Positions 18,005 through 25,709 of a DNA stretch of 64,000 bases are shown piece after piece; within the stretch, counting starts at the first letter, position 1; each line of letters opens with the position of its first letter. The DNA is taken from NCBI GenBank assembly GCA_021324295.1, contig JAJPJJ010000082.1, forward strand, positions 13,092 through 77,091, given 5' to 3'. A model generated the notes under the pieces. It did not search any database. It saw only the letters and a program-made list of their open reading frames with translations, and had not been told where the DNA came from. The position numbers and the translations under genes were made by a program. The stretch is from Bacillota bacterium. Its GTDB lineage: Bacteria > Sysuimicrobiota > Sysuimicrobiia > Sysuimicrobiales > Segetimicrobiaceae.

Positions 18005-19897
18005 TTGGCAGATATCGACGACGCGCATCGCGATGTCTGTGCGGTGAGTGTTCTACCGATGAGGCAAATGCTCCGCGGCTCCCGCCCGCCGGCCCTGCCA
18101 CATGGCTGGCTTCGCTCGTTCTTCCTGGCGGCGCCCTCCGGGCTCGGAATCCTCGACGCCGGCCTCTGCTTCCTCCGTGTCAACGAGGCCCTGGCGCGCA
18201 TCACCGGCCGCCCGCGGCGCGCGCACCGGGGCTGCCGGATGCGCGATCTCATGCCCGGCATCGCGGCGGCCCTCGAGCCGGTCCTGCAACGCGTGCTCGA
18301 CGCGCGGACGCCCGTCGACGTGGAGGTGACCGAACAGGTGTCGCCGCGCGCGCACCGGCAGTGGAGCGTCTGCTCCTTCCCGCTTCGCGGGCGCAGCGGC
18401 AAGGCGGGTGTGGGGCTGACGATGGTCGAGATCACAGAACGCAAGCACGCCGAGGAGCGGCTCGTGCGGTCCCTGTTGGACGAGCGGCGCTTCCGCGCGC
18501 TGGTCGAGCACAGCTCGGATGCGATCGCGCTGCTGGGGGCCGACCGCTCCGTGCTCTACGCCAGCCCCTCGACCGCCCGGGTGCTGGGCTACCAGGCGGA
18601 GGAGTTTGCGGCCCACGACGAGCTCGAGATCGTGCACCCGGGCGACCGGGAACGCCTCCAGGCGCTGTTCGCCACGCTCGTGCGGGAGCCGGGCTCCCGC
18701 ATCACCGCCGAGGCGAGGATCCGCCACCGGGACGGCTCATGGCGGTGGGTGGAGGCGGTCGCGGTCAACCTCCTCGAGGAACCCAGCGTGGGAGCGGTCG
18801 CCGTGAACTACCGCGACATCACCGAGCGCAAGCGCACCGAGGACGCGCTCCGGGAGGCCAACGGCAAGCTGACCTTCTGGGCCCGGGAGCTGGAGCGGCA
18901 CAACCGCGAGCTGTCCCTGATCAGGGAGCTGGGGGAGCTGCTCCAAGCCTGTCACAGCCTCGAGGAGGCGTACCGCGCGATCGCGCGGTCCGCGCGTGAC
19001 CTGTTCCCCGAGTGTCCGGGCGCGATGTACATGGTGAGCCAGGCTCGGAACCTCGTCGAGGCTGTGGCCACATGGGGGCCCGGCCCCTTGGGAGACGAGA
19101 TCTTTGGCCGGGACGACTGCTGGGCGCTCCGCCGGGGCCGTGTCCATATGAGCGAGGACTCCGAGCTGCTCTGCCGGCATCTCGGCGATCCAGCGCCGCC
19201 CGCGTCGGTGTGCGTGCCGATGGTGGGTCAGGGAGAGACGCTGGGCGTCCTGCATCTGCGCTTCGACACGCAGGACGCGGGGCTCGTGCAGGCGTACCGG
19301 CAGCTCGCGAGCAGCGTCGCCGAGCGGATCGTGCTCGCGCTGGACAACTTGAAGCTGCGGGAAACCCTGCGCTCCCAGTCGATCCGGGACCCGCTGACCG
19401 GGCTCTACAACCGCCGGTACCTGGAGGAGTCGCTCGAACGGGAGCTACGGCGTGCCGAGCGTCTGGCCCAGCCGCTCGCGGTGGTCGTGTTCGACCTTGA
19501 CCACTTCAAGCATATCAACGATATGTTCGGACACGAGACGGGCGACGTGGTGCTCGCGACGTTCGCCGACTTTCTCCAGAGCCGGATCCGCAAGGAGGAC
19601 ATCGCCTGCCGCTACGGAGGCGAGGAGTTCATGTTGATCCTGCCGGGCGCTTCGCTGGAGGACGCGGCGGCGCGCGCCCACCAGCTGAGCGAGGCGAGCA
19701 GACATCTCAGCCTCTCGCACCGGGGCCGGGGACTGGGGACGGTGACCCTCTCCCTCGGGGTCGCGGTGTTTCCGGACCACGGCTCGACCGCGGGCGACCT
19801 GCTCCGCGCCGCCGATCAGGCTCTCTACCGGGCCAAGCAGCAGGGGCGCGACCGCGTCGAGATCGCGGCGGTTGACCGGGCAGGGTTCGCGTGCTGA
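18005..19897 (+). CDS. PAS/GAF sensor diguanylate cyclase (GGDEF)
   Basis: C-terminal GGDEF: …DPLTGLYNRRYLEESLERE…FDLDHFKHINDMFGHETGDVVL…RYGGEEFMLIL…. PAS segments upstream. The start is uncertain (ATG 18005 or 18059). Confidence 0.85.
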   Translation: MADIDDAHRDVCAVSVLPMRQMLRGSRPPALPHGWLRSFFLAAPSGLGILDAGLCFLRVNEALARITGRPRRAHRGCRMRDLMPGIAAALEPVLQRVLDARTPVDVEVTEQVSPRAHRQWSVCSFPLRGRSGKAGVGLTMVEITERKHAEERLVRSLLDERRFRALVEHSSDAIALLGADRSVLYASPSTARVLGYQAEEFAAHDELEIVHPGDRERLQALFATLVREPGSRITAEARIRHRDGSWRWVEAVAVNLLEEPSVGAVAVNYRDITERKRTEDALREANGKLTFWARELERHNRELSLIRELGELLQACHSLEEAYRAIARSARDLFPECPGAMYMVSQARNLVEAVATWGPGPLGDEIFGRDDCWALRRGRVHMSEDSELLCRHLGDPAPPASVCVPMVGQGETLGVLHLRFDTQDAGLVQAYRQLASSVAERIVLALDNLKLRETLRSQSIRDPLTGLYNRRYLEESLERELRRAERLAQPLAVVVFDLDHFKHINDMFGHETGDVVLATFADFLQSRIRKEDIACRYGGEEFMLILPGASLEDAAARAHQLSEASRHLSLSHRGRGLGTVTLSLGVAVFPDHGSTAGDLLRAADQALYRAKQQGRDRVEIAAVDRAGFAC

Positions 19898-20258
19898 GCG
19901 GCCGGGCGAGCAGCGCGAGGACCTCGTCGCCCACGCCGAGACGCCGCCGCGTCCGCCCGTCCGGCCACCACTGATACCGCTGGAGGTCCACCGTCAGGTC
20001 CTCGCGGACGCGCACGCCGTCGCGCTCCAGGTCGTGCCGGTGGCCCTGTCGCCCTCCGCGGTACCCGGACGCGAGACCGCCGAACCGGTTCACGACGCGC
20101 TGCCAGGGCAGGTCGGGGCCGCCCGCGTGGGCGATCCATCCCACCTGGCGCGCCGCGCGCGGGTGGCCCGCCAGCAGCGCGAGCTGGCCGTACGTTACGA
20201 CCTTGCCCTGCGGCACGCACCGCAGGATCTCGTAGACGCGCCCCCGCAGGGCCGGCAT
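19707..20258 (-). CDS. Alkyltransferase-like (ATL) protein: MGMT DNA-binding domain with Trp replacing the active-site Cys, plus a Pro/Arg-rich C-terminal extension
   Basis: …RVYEILRCVPQGKVVTYGQLALLAGHPRAARQVGWIAHAGGPDLPWQRVVNRFGGLASGYRGG… has PWQRV where Ogt/MGMT has PCHRV. The ORF stays open until 19707, overlapping the GGDEF gene 3' end in antisense. Confidence 0.7.
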   Translation of the reverse strand: MPALRGRVYEILRCVPQGKVVTYGQLALLAGHPRAARQVGWIAHAGGPDLPWQRVVNRFGGLASGYRGGRQGHRHDLERDGVRVREDLTVDLQRYQWWPDGRTRRRLGVGDEVLALLARPLSTRTLPGQPPRSRRGRAPAAWPGREPDRRRGAGRPRSSRGPETPRPRGRGSPSPVPGPGARG

Positions 20259-20263
20259 CGCGC

Positions 20264-20623
20264 CTACCGCTCGCTGCCGCCGCGCGCCGCGCCGGGGGCC
20301 GCGGCCGGGCAGTCGTCGATGGCGTTCACGATGCCGGCGACGAACCCGATCCCGGCTACCTGCTGCCCCAGCACGTCCACGGTGTGCGCGTTGAAGTCCT
20401 CGGCGAGCCCCCGCCGGCTGCCGCACTTTCGGAACCGCGTCATCCGGGTCAGCACGACCTCGCGGTCTCCGACGGTCGCGAGCTCGATCGCCTGCTGCAG
20501 GTAGATGCCGCGCAGCCGCTCGATAGCCGACGCGCCGGCCGCCGGGGAGGGTCCACCCCACACACAGGCCGCGCCCGCAAGCAGCATCAGCGCCCGCGCG
20601 CACCTCGGAGCCACGATCCTCAC
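20264..20623 (-). CDS. Hypothetical small secreted protein (119 aa)
   Basis: Signal-like N-terminus MRIVAPRCARALMLLAGAACVWG. High GC3. The stop lies 5 nt before the ATL start. A low-GC putative promoter region lies upstream. Confidence 0.45.
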   Translation of the reverse strand: MRIVAPRCARALMLLAGAACVWGGPSPAAGASAIERLRGIYLQQAIELATVGDREVVLTRMTRFRKCGSRRGLAEDFNAHTVDVLGQQVAGIGFVAGIVNAIDDCPAAAPGAARGGSER

Positions 20624-21086
20624 AGTTCACCCCGCCAGGCCCGTCGTCCCCCTGCGGGGCCAGGCCCGGGGCACATATACAGAGAAAGTCAGCTATCGAA
20701 ACACGTCGAGCCCCGCGGGATGCGTAGATGGCCCGACATCGATGCGCAACGCGGGGCTCCTGCGGCCGGCCACGCCTGCCGCGGCGGCGCACGTGTGTAC
20801 GCCCGGACGGCCCGGCGGCCGTTCCGCTGGGCGGAACGCACCGCGGCGGCACAGGACGCGTGTTCTGGAAGTATACGAGCGCGAAGGTTGCAACCCAGTG
20901 ACGGGGACCAAGCCGATTGAATTTGGGAGAATTCGAGCCTTGGGGGCTCTCCCCTCGTGTTCTCTCAAAATCTTTAAAATTTTCTCGCTTTCCCAGGAGG
21001 AAAATAGAAACTAATGTCGTATGTGGGGTATCGAGGGGCAAAACCGGCCCCCCTGGACACCAAAAATCGAAAGGAGGGCCCGATCC

Positions 21087-21131
21087 ATGGCGACCAAGAA
21101 GAAGGCAGCCAAGAAGGGCAAGAAGCGCTAA
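21087..21131 (+). CDS. Putative Lys-rich 14-aa uORF/leader peptide (MATKKKAAKKGKKR)
   Basis: ATG is preceded by SD aaaggaggg with ~10-nt spacing. It lies in the low-GC leader ~185 nt upstream of the M29 aminopeptidase start. Confidence 0.3.
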   Translation: MATKKKAAKKGKKR

Positions 21132-21316
21132 TCGCGTTTCACCCTCGCTCGTCCCGGAGGGCGCTGCTCGAGAGGGCGGGGCCCTCCGGTCATCGGAGCG
21201 CCTCCTGTCCCGACGCGGCGGATGCGCCGCGGCACAACGACCGGCGCAGCCGCCCACCCGGGCTCCGGCCGCCCGGAGGATCCGGGCTCGCCCGGGCGGA
21301 ACACCTTGGAGGGACC

Positions 21317-22420
21317 ATGGATCCCCGCATCGAGAAGCTGGCCCGCGTCCTCGTCCACTACTCGCTCAAGCTCCGCAAAGGGGAGCTCGTGCGGATCCGG
21401 GGCACCGCCCTCGCGGCGCCGCAGATCGCGGCCGCGTACCGCGAGGCGCTGCTCGTCGGCGCCCACCCCACCGTGCGCGTCTCCGTCGACGGGCTGGACG
21501 AGATCTACTACAAGACGGCCACCGACGACCAGCTCCGGTTCGTCTCGGATCTGGACCGCCGGGAGATCGAGACCCTCGACGCCGAGCTGGCGTTCCTCGG
21601 CGCGTACAATACGCGCGCCCTGACACGCGTCGACCCGGCGCGGATGCGCATCCGCCGGGAGGCGATGCGCGAGGTCAACCGGCGCTTCATGGAGCGGTCG
21701 GCGACGGGCGAGCTGCGGTGGTGCCTAACCCAGGCACCGACCCAGGCCGATGCCCAGGAAGCCGAGATGTCGCTCGCGGAGTACGCGGATTTCGTGTACA
21801 CGGCCGGCCACCTCGACCGGGACGACCCCGTGGCCGCGTGGGAGCAGGTGGCGCGCGAACAGGCCGCGATCGCCTCGCGCCTGGGGGCGATCAGGGAGCT
21901 GCGCATCGCAGCGCCCGACACCGACCTGACCGTCTCGGTCGCGGGCCGGCGCTGGATCAGCGCCGCCGGCGAGCATAACTTCCCCGACGGCGAGGTGTTC
22001 ACCGGCCCCGTCGAGGCCGCCACGCGCGGCACCGTGCGCTTCACATTTCCGGCGATCTACGGCGGGCGCGAGGTGACCGACGTCCGGTTGCGCTTCACGG
22101 ACGGTCGCGTGGCGGAGGCGAGCGCGGCAAAGGGCGGCGAGCTCCTCGCCCAGATGCTGGAGATCGACGAGGGCGCGCGCCGGCTCGGCGAGTTCGCGTT
22201 TGGCCTCAACTACGACATCCAGCAGTGGACCCGCAACATCCTGTTCGATGAGAAGATCGGCGGGACGCTGCACATGGCCCTCGGCGCGGCGTATCCGGAG
22301 ACGGGCGGCGAGAACGTCTCGGGCCTGCACTGGGACATGATCCTCGACCTGCGGGGCACCGGGGCGGAGGTCTACGGCGACGGGGAGCTGATCTACCGGA
22401 ACGGGCGCTTCCTGTTCTGA
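21317..22420 (+). CDS. Aminopeptidase, M29 (AmpS/PepS) family
   Basis: MDPRIEKLARVLVHYSLKLRKGELVRIRG… N-terminus and …EHNFPDGEVFTGP…FDEKIGGTLHMALGAAY… are typical of M29. SD ggaggga lies upstream. Confidence 0.85.
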   Translation: MDPRIEKLARVLVHYSLKLRKGELVRIRGTALAAPQIAAAYREALLVGAHPTVRVSVDGLDEIYYKTATDDQLRFVSDLDRREIETLDAELAFLGAYNTRALTRVDPARMRIRREAMREVNRRFMERSATGELRWCLTQAPTQADAQEAEMSLAEYADFVYTAGHLDRDDPVAAWEQVAREQAAIASRLGAIRELRIAAPDTDLTVSVAGRRWISAAGEHNFPDGEVFTGPVEAATRGTVRFTFPAIYGGREVTDVRLRFTDGRVAEASAAKGGELLAQMLEIDEGARRLGEFAFGLNYDIQQWTRNILFDEKIGGTLHMALGAAYPETGGENVSGLHWDMILDLRGTGAEVYGDGELIYRNGRFLF

Positions 22421-22425
22421 TCGCC

Positions 22426-22448
22426 CCGCCGCGGTGGCGCCGCGGCGG
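22426..22448. terminator. Bidirectional hairpin terminator between convergent genes
   Basis: Perfect inverted repeat ccgccgcgg-tggcg-ccgcggcgg followed by tt, between the aminopeptidase stop (22420) and the minus-strand ORF stop (22454). Confidence 0.55.
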
Positions 22449-22453
22449 TTGCC

Positions 22454-22738
22454 TTACTCCCGGGCGTACGCGCGCTCGACGCGGGCGACCAGCTCCTCGA
22501 GCTCCTTCTGCGTCTGCTCGCTCACCTCGTCGGCCATTCCGGCGAACTGCGGCCCCTCCATCGCCTTGACCTGGATGTTGGACAGCATCTGCCCCTCGAT
22601 CTCGTGCAGCAGCTCGAGGACGTCTTCCTTGGGGAACGTGCCCCACTCGCCGGCGAGGAGCCGGTCGACGAACTCGTCCAGAGGCCGGACCTCCTCCTGG
22701 CAGACCCGCTGATACAACTCCCACAGCCGCTCGTTCAC
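22454..22738 (-). CDS. Hypothetical acidic protein (94 aa)
   Basis: Good codon bias. Its ATG overlaps the stop of the upstream debranching-enzyme gene (ATGA). Confidence 0.55.
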   Translation of the reverse strand: MNERLWELYQRVCQEEVRPLDEFVDRLLAGEWGTFPKEDVLELLHEIEGQMLSNIQVKAMEGPQFAGMADEVSEQTQKELEELVARVERAYARE

Positions 22739-24780
22739 GCACCGTCACCTCCCGCCAGCTCCCACACCTCGAGCAGGGCGGCGACGCTCCACGCCTGGGC
22801 GATGCAGCCGTGCGGCCGGTGGGGCGGATCGCCGTCGAAGATCTCGCTCACCGTCCCCAGCCCCGCCTCGAGCAGGTGCGCCCGAAACGGCGTGAGCAGG
22901 CCGCGCGCCCGGGCGCGGTCGCCGGTCACCCGGAGGAGCGCGACGGCGTAGGGCCCGAGCCACCACGGCCACACGGTGCCCTGATGATAGGCTTCGTCCC
23001 GCTCCGCCGGCCCCCCGCGGTAGACGCCCCGGTACCCCGGCGCGCCCGGCGCGAGCGACCGCAGTCCGAGCGGCGTCAGCAGCCGGGCGGTGACGGCCTC
23101 CAGGACCGTCCGGGCGAGCGCCCCCTCTACGACGGGGTGCGGGAGCGAGAGGGCGAGGATCTGGTTCGGGCGCAGGGCGTCGTCGGGCGTCCCGTCGGGT
23201 CGGATCACATCGTAGAGATACCCGTCCGCCGGGTTGACGAACCGCGCCGCGAACGCCTCGCGCAGCCGAGCGGCCTCCGCATCGTACGCGTCCGGTTCCC
23301 GGTCCAGGATCGCGGCCCAGCGCGCGATCGCGCGGAGGGCATTGTACCACAGCGCGCTCAGCTCCACGGGCTTCCCATGCCGCGGGGTGATCGCGCGTCC
23401 CCCGACGCGGGCGTCCATCCACGTGAGCGCGAGCCCGGGGGCGCCGGCCGCGAGCAGGCCGTCTCGGGGATCCACATGGATCCCGTGGCGCGTCCCGGCG
23501 CGGTAGCGGCGGACGATCTCAGCGACCGCCGGGAACACGCGCTTGAGCAACGGCCGGTCCGGCACGCGGGCCAGGTAGCTCTCGAGCGCGCAGAAGTACC
23601 AGAGCGCGGCGTCGGCGCTCGTGTACTCCGGTGGCGCCCCGTCGTCGGGAAACCGGTTGGGCAGCATCCCCTCGTCGACCGTGCCGGCCAGCGAGAGAAG
23701 GATCTCCCGCGCCTCCCGGTGCCGGCCGGTCGCCAGCGTGAGGCCGGGGAGGGCGATCAGCGCGTCGCGCCCCCAGTCGGTGAACCACGGGTAGCCGGCG
23801 ATGACGCTGCGCCGTCCCCGGCCACGCACGAGGAACTGGTCGGCGGCGAGCACGAGTCGCGCCGCAAGACCCCCTGCCTCCGGGAGCGGCGCGGGGTCCG
23901 GGGGCAGATGCCTGGCGCGCCGCAGCAGGGCCCCCTGGCGCGCCCGCTCCCTCCGGTAAGCGGCCCCCCCGAGCGGGCTGCGACCGTCCGTGTCCGGCTC
24001 CGAGGTCGCCAGCAGCATCACCTCGTCTTTGGGCCGCAGCTCGGCCTCGAAGGTCCCGGGGACGTAGAGGTCTTCGAGGTCGTCGAGGCCCCGCGCTCGC
24101 TCGACGCGGTGCAGGAGCTTCCAGTACCAGGTGCCGCCTGTGGTGAACGCGCCGCGGCTCATCCGGAGCGTATACGGCACCGCGCCGGGCCATGGCTCGA
24201 CCCGGATCCCGGAGGGGACCGGCGTCACGGCGAGCGCCCGGCCGGGATCGCCCCGCGTCGTCGCGTGGTAGTCCCGCTCGGTCAAGTACGGCCGGACGAT
24301 GAGCCGCGCCGGATGGCTGCGCGGCGCCAGGCGGTACCGGATGTACGTGCTGTTCTCGCCGTGGGCCATCCACACCGCCCGCTCGAGGGAGGCGCCGGGG
24401 ACCGTGTACCTCCAGACCGGGATCGCGCCATCGAGGTGGAACGCGGAGAGATAGGTGTAACCCTGCGGGTCGATCGTGCCGTCGTGGTACTCGTTGGTGC
24501 CGAGCTCGAAGCGGCGGCCTCCGACCTCGAGCGCCTCGTCGACCTTGGCGACGAGGACCGCGCGGCGCACCGGCGGGAGGAGCGCGGCGACGAGCAGCCC
24601 GTGGTAGCGCCGGGTGCACGCGCCGGCGACGGTTCCGGAGGCGTATCCTCCCAGCCCGTTCGTGACCAGCCACTCGCGCGCGAGGATCGCGTCGAGGAAC
24701 CGCAGCAGCGAGGGGGAGAGGCTCAGCGTGGCAGGTCGGTGCCCTCCAGGTACTTCTCGACATCCATCGCCGCCATGCAT
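22735..24780 (-). CDS. Glycogen debranching enzyme (GDE N-terminal domain + amylo-alpha-1,6-glucosidase GDE_C)
   Basis: …REWLVTNGLGGYASGTVAGACTRRYHGLL… and …VIAGYPWFTDWGRDALIALPGL… / …HQGTVWPWWLGPY… motifs. The start is ambiguous: ATG 24780 overlaps the trxB 3' end by 58 nt. Confidence 0.8.
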   Translation of the reverse strand: MHGGDGCREVPGGHRPATLSLSPSLLRFLDAILAREWLVTNGLGGYASGTVAGACTRRYHGLLVAALLPPVRRAVLVAKVDEALEVGGRRFELGTNEYHDGTIDPQGYTYLSAFHLDGAIPVWRYTVPGASLERAVWMAHGENSTYIRYRLAPRSHPARLIVRPYLTERDYHATTRGDPGRALAVTPVPSGIRVEPWPGAVPYTLRMSRGAFTTGGTWYWKLLHRVERARGLDDLEDLYVPGTFEAELRPKDEVMLLATSEPDTDGRSPLGGAAYRRERARQGALLRRARHLPPDPAPLPEAGGLAARLVLAADQFLVRGRGRRSVIAGYPWFTDWGRDALIALPGLTLATGRHREAREILLSLAGTVDEGMLPNRFPDDGAPPEYTSADAALWYFCALESYLARVPDRPLLKRVFPAVAEIVRRYRAGTRHGIHVDPRDGLLAAGAPGLALTWMDARVGGRAITPRHGKPVELSALWYNALRAIARWAAILDREPDAYDAEAARLREAFAARFVNPADGYLYDVIRPDGTPDDALRPNQILALSLPHPVVEGALARTVLEAVTARLLTPLGLRSLAPGAPGYRGVYRGGPAERDEAYHQGTVWPWWLGPYAVALLRVTGDRARARGLLTPFRAHLLEAGLGTVSEIFDGDPPHRPHGCIAQAWSVAALLEVWELAGGDGA

Positions 24781-25655
24781 CCCCACGCCGCGGCGGTGAC
24801 CGCCTGCCGGTAGCGGCGGTCGTGCACGTCCCCGGCGGCAAACACCCCGGGGACGCTGGTCATCGTGTGCTCCTTGAGCACGACGTACCCGGCGTCGTCC
24901 AGCTCGATCTGCCCCCGGAACAGCTCCGTGTTGGGGTGGTGGCCGATCGCCACGAAGAGCCCGTCCACCCGGAGGTCGCTCCGCGCGCTGCTCTTCACGT
25001 TGCGCAGCCGCAGGCCGGTGACCTTTCCGTCGCCGAGCACGTCCTCGACGACGGTGTCCCAGAGCACATCGATCTTCGCGTGCCGGAGCGCTCGCTCCGC
25101 CATGATCTTGCTCGCCCGGAACCGGTCCCGCCGGTGGATGATCGTCACCCGGGACGCAAACTTCGTGAGGAAGAGGGCCTCCTCCATCGCGGAGTCGCCA
25201 CCGCCGACGACCGCCACCTCCTTTTCGCGAAAGAAGAACGCATCGCACGGCGCGCAGGAGGAGACGCCGTGTCCGATCAGGCGTTGCTCGTTGGGCAATC
25301 CGAGCCAGTTGGCGCTGGCCCCCGTCGCGATGATCACGGCCTGCGCCCGGAGCGTGCGGCCGGCCACGGTCACCTCGAACGGCGGCCGGCGCAGGTCGAC
25401 CGCCGTCGCGTCCTCGTCGATGAAGTCGACGTCGAACCGCTCCGCCTGCCGGCGCTGCAGCTCCATCAGCTCGGGGCCTTGGACTCCGTCCGGGAAGCCC
25501 GGGAAGTTCTCGACATCCGTGGTGAGCGCAAGCTGCCCGCCGCGCTGGCTCCCGGCGACGACGAGCGGCCGGAGCTGGGCGCGGGCGGCATAGATCGCGG
25601 CGGTGAGGCCCGCGGACCCCGAGCCCAGGATGATCACCTTGCGCGCCTCGTCCAT
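24723..25655 (-). CDS. trxB: Thioredoxin-disulfide reductase
   Basis: …KVIILGSGSAGLTAAIYAARA…GHGVSSCAPCDAFFFREKEVAVVGGGDSAMEEALFLTKF… has the CxxC redox site and both FAD/NADPH motifs. Confidence 0.9.
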   Translation of the reverse strand: MDEARKVIILGSGSAGLTAAIYAARAQLRPLVVAGSQRGGQLALTTDVENFPGFPDGVQGPELMELQRRQAERFDVDFIDEDATAVDLRRPPFEVTVAGRTLRAQAVIIATGASANWLGLPNEQRLIGHGVSSCAPCDAFFFREKEVAVVGGGDSAMEEALFLTKFASRVTIIHRRDRFRASKIMAERALRHAKIDVLWDTVVEDVLGDGKVTGLRLRNVKSSARSDLRVDGLFVAIGHHPNTELFRGQIELDDAGYVVLKEHTMTSVPGVFAAGDVHDRRYRQAVTAAAWGCMAAMDVEKYLEGTDLPR

Positions 25656-25709
25656 GCCGTGCACCCCCTGCCGCGGCCCGCACGCCACATCGTGCGGCCC
25701 CGGTCACGC

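Noticed and set aside
21014-21316. In-frame N-terminal extension of the M29 aminopeptidase from ATG 21014 (strong SD)
   Set aside because: The extra 101 residues are low-complexity and cross a compositional shift. M29 enzymes begin at the conserved MxxxIxKLAxVLV segment found at 21317. I treat the SD/ATG as part of the leader (see the low-GC island finding).
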